A program made the position numbers and the translations under genes. The notes under the pieces were generated by a model. That model was not told where the DNA came from. It saw only the letters and a program-made list of their open reading frames with translations, and made no database searches. A stretch of DNA of 64,000 nucleotides from the NCBI GenBank assembly GCA_047967505.1, contig CM106538.1. One strand, given 5' to 3'. Origin of the DNA: Dipteris shenzhenensis. Lineage: Eukaryota. Each line of letters begins with the position of its first letter. Position 1 is the first letter of the stretch. Of the stretch, positions 50,361-63,986 are shown one piece after another.

Positions 50361-50549
50361 TACTTTTGTAGGTCCATCCTTCACGTGCTTTTCAATGATG
50401 AGTAGATCTTGTAACATTGCTAGTGGAACTCTTTGGTACATTATTGATAATGAGTAGCATCACCCATCTACGACAGGTTAGAGACCTGCTTCGTTGGGTC
50501 TCAACATAGGATCTCAAAAGAGGCCTTGCTAATTTGAGAATGGGCATCT

Positions 50550-51130
50550 CTTTTTTATATCCAAAGTTGTGTTGCCACATGCTTTCAAGATGGCAACAAA
50601 GGTAAAGCTACTTGGAGACAAACCTTGCTCCTACATTTGCACTTAAAGGCCAAAAGCTTCCTCACTTTCTTCTTATTTGACATACCCCAAGATAATTGTA
50701 CTCCATGTAAGCACATTACGATGATGCAATTCATTAAAGACACTCAATGCTCCCACATTTTGTGTACATGTCCACCAAAGTGGTTCTCAGAGATAACTCA
50801 AACTCAAAGCCAATCTCAAGAACTTTAGAGTTGTTTTGTAAACTTCCTTTCAACTCGCTTCCCCTATTGCATCACTACAAGGCTATTGCAAGCCTTTAAT
50901 GCACAAATGAATGTTTGGGCATTCAGTTCGATGCCCTCCCACTACATCCAAGGATACAAATACAAAGCCAACACATCCAAGAAGGCACATTAAGATAGGG
51001 AAATTGCTCAAAAAACCTTGGTGCAACATCCATGTCCCCACATTTTATATGGCAACAAAGGTAAAGCTACTTGGTGATAGACGTTACTCTTTCATTTGTA
51101 CATAAAGGCTAAAAGCTTCCTCTTTTTCTG
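50550..51130 (-). pseudogene. PLS-class PPR gene fragment
   Basis: TTLVDMYTKCGSIE / VFNELHHRNVLTWSTIILGY..EEAFGL.VQM.EQGLSPSSFTFVAILKACG, plus a second repeat EAFSLYVQMKE..LSPSSFTFVAI; stops present. Confidence 0.85.
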
Positions 51131-51645
51131 CTTATTCTACTTACAACACTTATTTCATTAATTTTGGACTTGTCAATGTACAAATTCGTTTTTACATATA
51201 CTTTTGGACTAGTTTTAAGATAAAATTTAAGAAAAACCCAATCTTCAAAGCACAAATAAAAACATAAAAACATGCATTTTTTTAAATATTTTTAAAGGAG
51301 ATGAAACTAAAATTATAAAATTTAACACAGCCTAGATAAGTTACACGAAAAAATAAGATTTAGCAGTTGTAAACTCTCTTAATATTTATAATGGTGTTAA
51401 TAGACACCTTCAAAAGTTACAGTATTAAGGAAACTCTCACAATATTTATAAAAGTGTTGACAATCACCAAAAGTTACAATAAGCCTGAGATAAGTTACAC
51501 AAAAAAATAAGATTCAGCAATTGTAAACTCTCTTAATATTTATAATGGTGTTTAGGACACACTTTCAAAAGTTACAAGTGGAAGTAGCAAACTCTCACAA
51601 TATTTATAAAGGTGTTGGAAAACACCAAAAGTTACAATAAGCCTC

Positions 51646-52090
51646 TCATTGGAAGGCAAATCTATTTTCTCTCTCTATCCTAAATTCAACCCATTCAAGA
51701 GCTGAGCTCATCTCATCCTCATCGATGTAGTTAAAATTACATAAGAAAAGTAAGAATTGATGAATTTTCTCATGTATAACACTTTGTTTATTCCTAATGG
51801 CTTGTACTTCCTGGGGTGGAAAACGAGCCACAGACGAAGATATCTCACTTTGAAAGTCTGTCAGCTCTCTCCTATATGACTACAATTAATCTATTTCGCT
51901 AGTAGCCATACTTATTTTTCTTTTCTCCTTCTCTAAGCCCTTTTGACAAGCAAATTCATCCCTCTTGTACTAGGTTAACAGAGCTGGATTTCGCTCTCTC
52001 TCCTCTCTCTTTCCCTGGTTCTCGGCAATCCATAGTTTGGTGCTACTAATGGCTTGCTCGACAGAATTGATTACTTCAAAAAGATCCATG
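51646..52090 (-). pseudogene. small coiled-coil-like ORF remnant of unknown function
   Basis: MDLFEVINSVEQAI...ERENRFAFQ with internal stops; TATAAA ~200 bp upstream. Confidence 0.3.
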
Positions 52091-53023
52091 GAAACGAGAG
52101 GAGGAAGGTAACAAGAGCGAGGAAGGTAACTAGAGGAGGTAAGGCAAGATGGAAGGAGTATGCTTGAGGAGAGGAGGTAAGGCTGTGGGCAAGATGGAAG
52201 GAGTAAGCTTGAGGAGAGGAGTAAGGTAAGAAGAGCAAAGTGGAAGAAGTGTTTGTTGCGGGCGAGATATAGAAGATGAATGACTACAGAGGGATTTATA
52301 AAATTGCAGACTCATAATGTGAGATGAAAGATTTAGAATAAAGAATTGGGAGAGGCTGAGATGACTAGATTGTCTGAAGTAACAGATGCAAGACCATAAT
52401 GCGAGACATGTGAGACATGTAAGACATTGAGTACATTGAAATCTATAAAATAAAGTGATGGAACACAAGAATGATATAATTATTAGAATCTCATCATGAG
52501 ATATTTTTTTAATATAATAAGTTAGACTGAGATATTTTTTATATATAATAAGTTAGACTTGCAGATGCAAGACCGTAATGCAAGACATGTGAGATGATAG
52601 ATTTTGAGTACATTGAAATCTATAAAATAAAGTGATGGAACACAAGAATGATATAATTATTAGATTCTCATCATGAGATATTTATTGTATATAATAAGTT
52701 AGACTTCGAAAAAAGTAAAACTGATTTAATAAATTTAAGGAGGTGAGTTGTCCAACATTGAGTGAGGTACAAAATGAAAGACTGTAAATATGAGAGACAC
52801 ATGAGATGATAGATTTTGAATCGGTCTAAGAATTGATTAGTGCCCCACATCGTCTCCGACTCTCTGCCAAGTAGCCAAAGCATGTGACAAGGCTATGTGG
52901 TTCGGTTCTCCTGATCGCCCAATTGGCTTCATGAATACCTATCTCTCTACAAACTACGTCCTGTGATGGACTTTTAAAATCAAATTGTCTTCTTTTTCCA
53001 AAGAGAAGAACGAATAGAAATAG

Positions 53024-53076
<53 letters not shown>

Positions 53077-56000
53077 TCACGAGAGAGCGACCTCTGCATC
53101 AACGTCCTGCCAGAAAATTCAAGGTGTCTATGTAAACAGTCTTTCATAATATAAAACAAATATATCATTAAATCATTCTCTCTTTAATATAGGTTTTCTT
53201 ATTTATTCTAGTGTCTATAGTAGTGTAATATACATGTGTCTTTTCAATATTGCAATCGTGTGATCGCTATTTGAATAGTTAATTTCTTAATAGAAACCTT
53301 AATTCAGAATTTGTGATAGGAAGGAAGTCATGTGACCGCTATGTGTAAGTCTTGGGACAATCTATGAGAGACGAAGACCCTGGAACTATCGAAGTAAAGA
53401 TGTGCATTGAAGGACACCATTACAGATGCCTTAATACACTATGGATCAACGGAGGTGAACCTAATAATTAAGGAACCCATGATAGATTTGGGCTTGGAAA
53501 AGATGTTATAAAGTTATTAGGTTAATTGGCTTGCCAACAAAAGTAGAAATTACTTGCCCTCCCAAGTGTGTGTACACATGTGGCCTATCCCATGAGTGAG
53601 GGTTTTTCATTGCACGGTTGACCATACTCACCCACGAATGTAACTTTAACCATATGTTTTCTTAACCATGGTGAAATGGAGCCAATTTTATCCCCAAAAA
53701 TGGAGGGGGGAAACAGGGAAGTGCATGAAAATGGGCTTTTCCTATCCTACACATCAGTGCTAGAAAAAAACCTCCCTTTAGTGTATTTTGCACCGGTTAA
53801 ATTTGGGAAAAACCGGCATAAGTTGTGCCAAGGAGGTCATTTATAAAGGCTAAATTTTATGGCAAAATGTATTTTAAAGGTATTTGAAATGTTCACCTTG
53901 AAAATCTAGGCTATGATTAAAGGTCCCTTTAGAATACCGGTTTAGTTTAAGTAGGGACTTTAAAAATTAATCATTATATTATATAATATAATATAAAATA
54001 GATAATATTTAAAGTCTAAATAGTAGATCGATTGATAGCTGTAGATCTAATTGAGTGGTAGCCGTAGATCAAGCCACCTGTGACCCTATCTTCTCTTAGA
54101 AGTTAGGGCTATTGGCTACCAAAAACTTTCTTGCTCAGCCGCACTATGGAAAGTTGCAAACTTCAAGACTCGATGTGACCTTTCTTGAAGCTTTCACTGT
54201 TCAAAATGCAGCCGCAAACTCCCAAACTCAAGTCTCAAGAGTCATAGTATCTCGATTCTCTATTCTCCACACTCGTACTCCAGAGTCTAGAGCTTCTACA
54301 TTAGTAGATAGTAGTAAGTACAAGGTTCTACAAGCTTGCAAATTCGGATTCTGGACTCCCAACTCCCGACTCCCAACTTCCAAGCATTCAAGTATCAACT
54401 TTCAACTATCTCGCCAGGTATTTTGAAGCTTGCACTGTGCAGTTCTTTGAAGTTTGAACGTTTCATTTCTGGTTGCTTCAACAAATACGCGTATAGGGCA
54501 ACCAACTCTAGAGTTCTCAGAATTGTCAAATCATTAACTATAGGTACTAGGTAGACCATAGAACTTGCTTGTCCCTTGCTTAATGCTCATCTCCCAAAGT
54601 TCAAACTTCAAACTTGCCTACTGCCTCACTGCATAAAAGGCTCTAGACTCATCGTAGAGATACTCGGCCAAACTTCAAAGAATATGCCTTGTGAATTATG
54701 ATCAATCATTGATCTACAAGGGATGCCAGGCTCTAGCAGCTTGGTGCTGTGAATATTGCAGCACATGAAGCGGGGACTCTCGAGTCAGCATTGAGCAAAA
54801 GTTGCAGCCCACTGCCCATCTGCATGGATCACCAATTCACAAATCACCACCACCCGCAAATCTGAGTGTGAGCCTTGAGAAGCTTTGCCAATATGGCGGC
54901 CACTCAGAATTACAATCACACAGGCTATTACAAGACTATGGTGTCGCAGCATCTCTCCAAAGTACAGTAGCATGGAGCCTCCAACGCACCATCGATTGCT
55001 TGAATTCGCTCATCCACAGCCGTTTTTCATCATCTCCCCAGTGCGGAAAGTCCTTCCTCCACCTTGAGCTTGCAAGAGACGTTGCGATGGCCGCCATATG
55101 GAGTCTGGACGTGGTGGCAAAGGTAAAGATGGTTGGGGAGATTGTTGATGACAGCCATGAAAGTTGGGTCGGCAAAGGCGATGGTGGAGACTGTTGAAAG
55201 TTGAAACATATTGCATGGTTCAGAAATGCGAAATATGTTGTATTTTCTAGCTTGCAAAACTCTATCTCATTGACAGGTTCTACGTCCGCCGCAATTATCA
55301 AGCAATGGATTCTTATGGTTGTAGATTCCAGAGTTCACTAGTGCAAGAGCTTAGAGCACTGCTGCGGGCTGAAAGTAGCTCAAGCCTCAACTTTCGCTCA
55401 GCGATTGGCAAGTAGCAGCTCAAGACTCAGAGGGAATTTGCACACAATGCAAATGTGGTGCATTGGAATTTGGTAGCCCAAGGCTAGTACCTTGCAAAAT
55501 ACAAGCTAATAGCTACCTCCCATGGCCAAAATGCAAGCTAATAGCTACCTCCCATGCTAAGAGGGCATTTGCACACAATGCACATGCGGTGCATTGGAAT
55601 TTGGTAGCCCAGGGCTAGTACCTTGCAAAGTGCAAGCTAATAGCTACCTCCCATGCTAAGACTGCTTGCCTTAGGGATCCAATGGAAAAACTATAATTGG
55701 TATGTTGTAGGTGCACCAAATTAGACAAGCTATTGAGTGAACCAAATTAGAAAAGCTATTGGCATAAATTAATGTGCTGGAGTCAATAAAGCTATTTTGA
55801 TAGCAGAGTCCATTAGTTTGCAGAACAATGACTAATATTTTCCATACTAATCAAGGAGATTCCTTCCAATACAAAGTATCATAACGGAAGTCGATGGCGA
55901 TAATTAGTTGACAACCTATAGTTCATGTGGAAGTAAAGGGACAAAGTGTTGCCTAGAAGACTTAATATAAAGTGCCCATGTGCCTCTATTGCTCTTTTGA

Positions 56001-56193
56001 AAATCATACTCAATTGTACACTCAATGCCACACTCAATGAACACTAAATGCCACACTCAATTGTAACCTTATTTCTTGAATATGATTTTCTGTTTGAAAG
56101 AAAGAAATATATGCCTATGCTTCTTTAGTCTATGCTTCTATGTTATTTATGCTTTATGCTTTTATATTTCTATAGTCTTAGTATGTATTAAGC

Positions 56194-56890
56194 AATCAAG
56201 TCATGCAATGTATAGTATGTAAGAAATCTAGCCTCAGGATCACTCCAGTCTCTTGACACAGTCTGCAATTCCCCTGGCAGAATGCTTACAGAATCAAGTC
56301 GTGCAATGTATAGAATGTAAGCAATCTAGCCTCGGGAGCACTCTGGTCTCTTGACATGGTTTGCAATTCCCCTGGCAGAATGCTTACAGAATCAAGTCGT
56401 GCAATGTATAGTATGTAAGCAATCTAGCCTCGGGAGCACTCTGGTCTCTTGACACGGTCTGCAATTCCCCTAGCAGAATGCTTGCAGAATCAAGTCGTGC
56501 AATGTATAGTATGTAAGCAATATCTAGCCACGAGAGCACTCCGATCTCTTGACACGGTCTGCAATTCCCTTGGCAGAATGCTTACAGAATCAAGTCATGC
56601 AATGTATAGTATGTAAGCAATCTAGCCTCGGGAGCACTCCGGTCTCTTGACATGGCCTGCAATTCCCTTGGCAGAATGCTTACAGAATCAAGTCATGCAA
56701 TGTATAGTATTTAAGCAATCTAGCCTCGGAAGCACTCCAGTCTCTTGACACGGTTTGCAATTTCCTTGGCAGAATGCTTAGAGAATCAAGTTGTGCAATG
56801 TATAGTATGTAAGCAATCTAGCCTCGGGATCACTTTGGTCTCTTGACACGGTCTGCAATTCCCTTGGTAGAATTCTTAGAGAATCAAGTC
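56194..56890. repeat. 98-bp tandem minisatellite, 7 copies
   Basis: AATCAAGT anchors at about 56194, 56292, 56390, 56488, 56588, 56686, 56783 and 56882. Confidence 0.95.
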
Positions 56891-56981
56891 AATAATTGGA
56901 AATACATCTACATGCTCACAAGAATCAAACCATTTAGTTGTGTGTGAGAAAGAGAGGGAGGGATAGAGAGAGAGAGAGGGA

Positions 56982-59128
56982 GTGAGGGATGACACTCTTA
57001 TTGGGTTTTGTGGAAAGAAAGGAGAATATCATCAATGCTCATCAAATGACTCCATTGTTGTTGGTGAAGGCTCACAAAGATACCCGAATATTATAGATGC
57101 CTTTCAAAATCATATCATAGGTCATTATGCTAAACTTTTGATTGTTAATCCTCTTCATGATCTTCTTCCACGATTGGCTTTAATTGTGCATTGCACATGC
57201 AATCGTTTTGATAGTGATTTTGTAAGGAACCAATGGAATCTTTTGGAGACCATGTGGAATGCAAACCTGAAAGATAAAGTTGGATCCATAATTAGACATG
57301 CTTCAGATGGAGATAGTAGAAGACGAAAGTTGATGCTTGAAGACTAGTTGGAGAAAAGCGAACAACCTTTTGCTATCAATTGGTGTGGATGGAATTTGAG
57401 AGAAAAAATTGTAGGAGGAAATGTGTATGGCCTTCATGATCAAGACTTTGTACACTATGGAAAGAAACTTATAAGCCCACTTGATAGTCCTACTCGACAA
57501 CTAGAAATTGGATGTGTTTGGATCACACTAAATCATGTATCTATTATTTACAATTCTTTTTCAATTGAGGAGCACAAGCTACGAGATGGAGATATTCAAA
57601 GGAATGATCGACAAAATTGGGGAGCAACTCAAAGGATTACAAGTAGACAAGTACAGAAATGTTTGAGAAAACTTCAAAAAAAAGAAAGAAGTATGAAGGG
57701 GACTGAGGCCTATTTGATGATTGTTGCTGATTATATTGATATTTTCTTGTCACCATATTTGATCTTGAAGGAGCGTGTGGTGCTTGTACCAAGATAGTTT
57801 TCTTTTTCAAAATTTGGCGACTATGGATTCATCACCATCCAACCTACACCTTGAAGAAAATTTTCATCAATAAGGAGGCTTATACGGACTGCATACTTTC
57901 TTGTCATTTTGTTGTATTGCTCATAAAGATGTTTCAAGATTTTTATCCTAATTTGAAGTGTCCATTACATCTTACCGGTTCTGATGCTGCTGAAATCTAT
58001 TTTAGTAAAGTTGGAGGCATGATTGGGCAAGAAAGAGCATTTGATCTTGGAGATCTTCTACATAACATTGGTAGCTTGAATAAAATTGCCATGCATGAGT
58101 GTGCTCAAAATGGTCTAATTTTCTCTAGGGCTCATAAAAAGCAAGAGCATATATGGAAACATTTGAACAAACAAGAAGGGATGATTGAAGAAAATCTAGG
58201 TGACTATGAGAGTGTTTCTTCTGATGAAAAGATGATTGATGCATTGAAGGAGGGCTTACAACAAGCTCACATACTATGCGAGTCTTTGGATTTGAAACCT
58301 AGCAAGGCTGAAGACTTGAAATGGTGGTTTCAACCTTGGCTGGATGCAGGGTCTACATGGTGTAAGCTAGATGCTGAAATGGGAGAAGCTGATGAGAATG
58401 ATGACTTTGTGGAGCCATGTGGTGAAGAAGAATCTATGGACGAGAATAGCAATGAAAGCAAAGAGGTTATTGCACTTAGTGAGATTAGACATGAAATTGA
58501 TGACATTTTGAAGGAAACAAGAAACACGCTCCCTAAGAAAAACATTAGCCCCATTGTAGAGGTGGAAGAAAAGTTTATTTTCAAGTCAACATTGGTGAGC
58601 CAACTCAATGGATGTCCAACCTTGTCAAAAGATAGACTCACAAGGGTAAAGCAAGATGTTTACTTCAACCATGAAGCAAAAGCACAATCATCAAATGGAA
58701 ATTTATTTGGCATAGGTTGTGACTGTGACTGTGCTGTATACTTTCATGATGACACAAAAGGAAAAGGAAATCAACACATGAAAAGAAATGGCAAAGCTAC
58801 AATCATGAGAAAGATGGATGCAACTCATGGTACATGGTACTTAGGAAGAGTTCAAAAGATGAGGAAGAAAGTCGGAGGGAGGTACGTGGATTATAAGCGT
58901 GGCTTTGATTTAGTAGATAGGCCCCAAGGTTTGGAAGTTCAGCTTGGATGGTATCAAAGGGCAAAAGGAGCACAAATGTTCACTTATGGTTTGATAGACT
59001 TAAACATGGTGGACATTGAAACAATTATTGCATTAGAAAATTTGACATATATTGTAAGAACAGACAAGTACCAGCTAGATGAGAATGACTACAAAGTTTT
59101 TAATGACTTCTTGAAAAGTGCTAGGTAA
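56982..59128 (+). pseudogene. DDE transposase-like gene, P-element-related
   Basis: ASDGDSRRRK, DQDFVHYGKK, DRQN, TGSDAAEIYFSKVGG. In-frame stop at 57345 and frameshift near 57790; the 5' end is lost at the (GA)n tract. Confidence 0.6.
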
Positions 59129-61139
59129 GTTTACTTTGCATTTTTCATGCAAGGTGAAACTTTCCAAAATGTCTTATAATGAGCTAGATCATCTAAGGAT
59201 CACATCCTTGGCTAATTTTGGTTTCAGATAATGATACGTCACATGTATCGCATAAGGAGTTGGGCTAGTTCTTGAGGCAAAATTCTACATTTTTTGTAAG
59301 TCAAATACCTTAAGATAAACTTGAATACAAACTTTTCTTGAGATATAATTCTATATTTTTTGTAAGTTAAGTAATTTAGATAAACTTGAGTGCAAATGTT
59401 TTCTAGCTTTATCTACTTACATTAATCATGCAAAATTCTTGATTCTTGTTGGTGAATAAACAGGGCAATACTAGATGGAGGGTCAAATTTGGAAGCCAAG
59501 TGGCTTGTTTTAGGGCCCTCCCTTGGCTATAATCTTTACACTATAAACAAGACAATTCCACATCCTCCATGTTATCCACAGCTGAGGTCATTCAAGGATC
59601 CATCAATGAGGAGGAGAAATCTGTGTAACAACCTTTAGTCTAGCTATCTCTAGCTAATTTTTTGCCACATCTAAGTCTAAGGTTTTGATTAAACTCTTGA
59701 TGACAAAAGTCTTGGTTGTAACTTGTATCTATTTTTAGATATCAATATGCTTGTACTTAGGATCTCTACCTTTTCATTTGGTACTTTTGATGAAATTTGG
59801 CTATAGCTTGTGACCCTCGGTTGTGTGCTAGAGTCTAAATATCAAATTGAGCATCTACAAAATAGAATTTATCTACCAAATTGTGCAATCAATGCAAGTG
59901 TGATATGGATCTCATCGAGAAGCTTGAAACATCCCAAACCTCTAACTAAACCTTCGTGTGAAATTCCATATTGTGCAGCAAAAGATGGATTATGAAACTC
60001 TAAAGGACTACTAAAGGAAGAATAGACTATATCCAAGAAACTATGCATCCAATATACAGGTGGTCTATGGCTTCCCTTAAAGATCCACGCATTCCAATTC
60101 TATTTGCCAAAATAGCTCATTATTTTATTTACATATGGTCTCAAAATTGTGAGGGGAAGCATGGGTCCTTCAAAAGTTTGAATTGAAATATAGTAGAAAT
60201 GGAATAAAGGGTGCTTTCCAAACTGAAAAATTGTCAGATGCATTAATAAATAAGATCTAAATTCAATAAAGAAGCTATAATATTTCAACGTTCTACAAAT
60301 TTTCGTTTTATATCATATGCATCTAGCATATGATTTGGAAGTTAGGATATTCAAAAATTTAGAAAAAACTGATGCAAATACATAAATATGAAAGCATGTA
60401 ACTTAAAGAAAAGTAAAGCGACATAAATTGAGAAAAATATACGGATTGAGTGATAATAAGCTTAATAACTTTGTGCACTTAACATGATTAAGTTGAATGC
60501 CTTTATGATGAGATGATAAACACTATCTTTTCCTAATATAGATAGTGGCATATAGGCAACATGATGCTAGTGCATGTATCATATTGAATATAAACACTTG
60601 CACTACATCAACATAATGCTACCACATGCATCATATTTAATATAAAAACTCCCATTAGATCAACACAAGGTTAAAGTTTGGGCCATCTTCTTATAAGTTT
60701 GTGCCATTTTATTCATAGTTCAATTCAAGTTACTTCATGCAAATCTCTAGTAGGTAGTGACAGTTTGGGAGCATGCAAGGGAAACAAAATTGGATAAGGT
60801 GGAGTAAATACATGAGATTTTGGGAATTGAAAAAATCAAAAGTTGAAAGTACATTCTATTAGGTACTAGTATGGGTGTAAAGCATGCATCTCTACAACAT
60901 ACAAATTAAATGGTTTTATTCAATTATACAATACAATTTCTCAAAAGTAGCATCTATTTCAACTTACACTGAAATGTACAAGAGGAGGGAAAAAAATATA
61001 GGCTTCTCAAATTTTAAATTTATTGAAGGGATATAATTATTGACCCAAAAATTCACAGTAGGGGTATATAAATAGATAAAATGTGGTTATAGAGGGGTAC
61101 CTTTCGAACGCACATTGTATAGCTGGCTTATGTAAGGTG

Positions 61140-61540
61140 GACCCCCCGAGCCCCACCTCCCCCACTCCCACTCCCTCTCCCACTCTCACTCCCATCCTCC
61201 CACCCCCACCTCCCCCATTCCCACTCCCACGCCCATCCTCCCACCCCCACCTCCCCCATTCCCACTCCCTCTCCCACTCCCACCCCCACCCCACCCCCAT
61301 CTCCCCCATTCCCACTCCCTCTCCCACTCCCATTCTCCCACCCCCACCCCCACCTCCCCCACTCGCTCTCCCACTCCCACTCCCATCCTCCCACCCCCAC
61401 CTCCCCCATTCCCACTCCCTCTCCCACTCCCACGCCCACCTCCCCTCCTACTCCCACTCCCACTCTCCCTTTCTCCCACTCCCACCCTCCTACCTCCCAC
61501 TCCCATTCCCACATTCCTACTATCAATTCCACTCCCACTT
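61140..61540. repeat. C-rich CCCACT-type minisatellite
   Basis: Seen directly. Confidence 0.9.
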
Positions 61541-61594
61541 ATGAATCCTAATGAAAACTATTACTTAAATAAATGATATTACTAAAATCACTCA

Positions 61595-62420
61595 TAGGGT
61601 TTAAGGTTTAGGGTTTGGTGGTTTGGGTTTAGGGTTCGGGGGTTTGGGTTTAGGGTTTGGGGGTTAGGCTTTAGGGTTTAGGGTTTGCGAGTTAAGGTTT
61701 AGGGTTTGGTGGTTTGGGTTTACGGGGTTTAAGATTTAGGGGTTAGGGTTTAGGATAGAGGCATTAGGGGTTAGGCTTTATGGGTTGGGGTTAGGGAATC
61801 AGGGTTTAGGGTTTAATGTGTAGGATTTAGGGTTTAGGGTTTAAGGCTTAGGAGTTAGAGGTCTAAGATTAGGATTGAGGGTTTAGGAATTAGGGGTTAG
61901 GGTTTAGGTTTAGGGTTTGGAGGTTAGGGTATAGGGTTTAAGATTTAGCGTTTAGGTTTAGGGTTTAGGGTTAGAGGTCTAGGATTAGGATTGAGGGTTT
62001 AGGAATTAGGGGTTAGGGTTTTGGGATTAGGGATTAGGGGTTAGGGTTTACGGATTAGGATTTAGGGGTTTAGGATTTAGGTTTAGGGATTAGGGTTTAG
62101 GGTTTAAGAGTTAGGGTTTAGGAATTAGGGCTTTGGGATTAGGGTTTTGGGATTAGGGATTAGGGGTTAGGGTTTATGAATTAAGATTTAGGTTTAGGGA
62201 TTAGGGTTTAGGGCTTAGGATTTAAGGGTTAGGGCTTAGGAATTAGGGATTAGGGTTTAGGAATTAGGGATTAGGATATAGAATTTAGGGTTTTGAGGGC
62301 TAGGATTAGGATTTATGGTTTAGAAATTAGGACTTAGGGTTTAGGGATTAGGGTTTATTGTTTCGAGGGCCAAATTTAGGGTTTAGGGTTTGGAAATTGG
62401 GGGTTAGGGTTTAGGGTTTA
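61595..62420 (+). repeat. interstitial degenerate telomere-like array (TTTAGGG/TTAGGG/TTAGGA variants)
   Basis: Seen directly, ~820 bp. Confidence 0.92.
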
Positions 62421-62515
62421 ATTAATTTTTTAAACAAGATGTAGATTTCTAAATAATTAATAAAGTAGATTATTGAGAAGAGTAGTACTAATGTTCTTTA
62501 TAATGGTTGTTACAG

Positions 62516-63057
62516 CTTGTTTGCAAAGGAAACTCACAAAGGAGATGGCTACAAAATTTATTCCAGGGATGGAGGTGATTCTATATTGCAAAAGAGAAAA
62601 GGGCACTGGAGGAGAAAAGGGCATGGTGCAACACATGCTGGACGCTTTGGAGCATCATGTTAATAGAAACTTACATTTCTTCACGGTTTAGGGTGCAATG
62701 GCATGCCACAAGCATACAAAGAGTAGAATCATTCAACCAGATAGGATGAATGTGGAAGCAGAGCTTAAACCATTAATGAGAGTGTGGTGTTGTTTTAAAG
62801 AGGAATGCAAATCAGTAAGAACAGTGTTCATTGACGTTTCGCCTTACACCGGTTGTGTTAATCCAACGGAAAATTGCATTTTCCCTACAAAATTTGATAT
62901 AGATTGTGGTGATTCTATTTTGCTTTATGAGTTATTGCCATACCTACAAATGCTAGATGATGCAATAGATGTGCGCAATGCCATCTCTTCTAACAGATTT
63001 GGTCAAGCTCCGACTGTCGCGAAGGGCATGATATGTTCTATTATTTTCAACCAGTGA
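62516..63057 (+). pseudogene. NIF/FCP1-SCP-like HAD phosphatase domain, degenerate
   Basis: LKPLMRVW, TVFIDVSPY, NPTENCIFPTKF, LLPYLQML...DVRNAISSNRFGQ; stop at 62689; N-terminal DxDxT not seen. Confidence 0.7.
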
Positions 63058-63666
63058 TCCTTGAATTCAAAGAAAAAAACAAAGAAGTCCTCGAAAGGAT
63101 GAATGTCGAATCTCATATGTCTACTGGTAGTTCAAAAAAAGACACAGAGAAAGGTATTGCTTCACCTATAACCAAAACTAGAGTGAGAGGGACTTGTCCT
63201 ACTACAAGAAGGATGGTGCATGCTCAACATGTTACATTGAATGAAGAGAAAGAATGCATGCTAGGAAAAATTCCAAAATGGGGCCGTTGAAAGATAGTGA
63301 GGCAAAACGCTATGCTATGGTTCTTGGATGCAAGGAAAGGGGAATCACTACCGATGCTGCAAGGGCATTCTTAGCCAACTTGATTCGATTTTATTGCATA
63401 GACAACCCTTAGTGAATTTGAGTGATCTTGTTAATTAGAGTTGCAGACACAAATGCTCAGCTAAAACATTTGTACCTTCATTCTGATTTATATTTGGACA
63501 CTATTTGGTTAGATTCAATTTGCAAAACATTATGTTTCAATTTGTTTTGTGAAAGAATTAATAGACATTGAGTTAGTACCTTGTGCAAAAAATGCTCTGC
63601 ACTTTGTGATGTGAGTTTGTATTCCTCCACTAAAAGAATGATTCTTTGATTTTAAACATATGATAG

Positions 63667-63986
63667 GTGTTGCAGATTGTCCTGAAAAGTTGAAGAGCTA
63701 TCTTATTACAAATTTTGATCCTACATCCAATGGTTTATGGAAACATGAATTGCCCATACCCATTGAGCACGTGCTTGAAATGAATGGCATCCATTATGAA
63801 GTAAAGAAATCAACAATACTTGGGGTAGGATATGGTCTTTTTGTACACATGAGCATCAAGAAGAAACAAGATTTGATGGTATATAATGGTCCAAAGTATG
63901 ATTATGATACTTGGAGATCTCTCCTTAAGTTTTTCCCAAGTATGAAGACTTATGGAATGTTTGAAGATCCATTCTTGAGCCATTGA
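63667..63986 (+). pseudogene. SET-domain N-terminal part (runs to window edge)
   Basis: YEVKKSTILGVGYGLFVHMSIKKKQDLMVYNG matches the SET motif S.i.G.G.GLF....I......Y.G. Confidence 0.6.

Noticed and set aside
53208-53225. TAGTAGTG as right end of the CACTA element starting at 724
   Set aside because: Only ~6 bp match the left terminus, and the flanking 3-mers (GGC vs TAA) do not form a TSD.
56194-56890. Possible CRISPR array
   Set aside because: Whole 98-bp units repeat with no unique spacers, there are no cas genes, and the context is eukaryotic.
61037-61544. His/Pro-rich or Gly/Trp-rich ORFs
   Set aside because: Translations of the CCCACT minisatellite.
61595-62420. True chromosome end
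   Set aside because: The array is degenerate and flanked on both sides by non-telomeric sequence.
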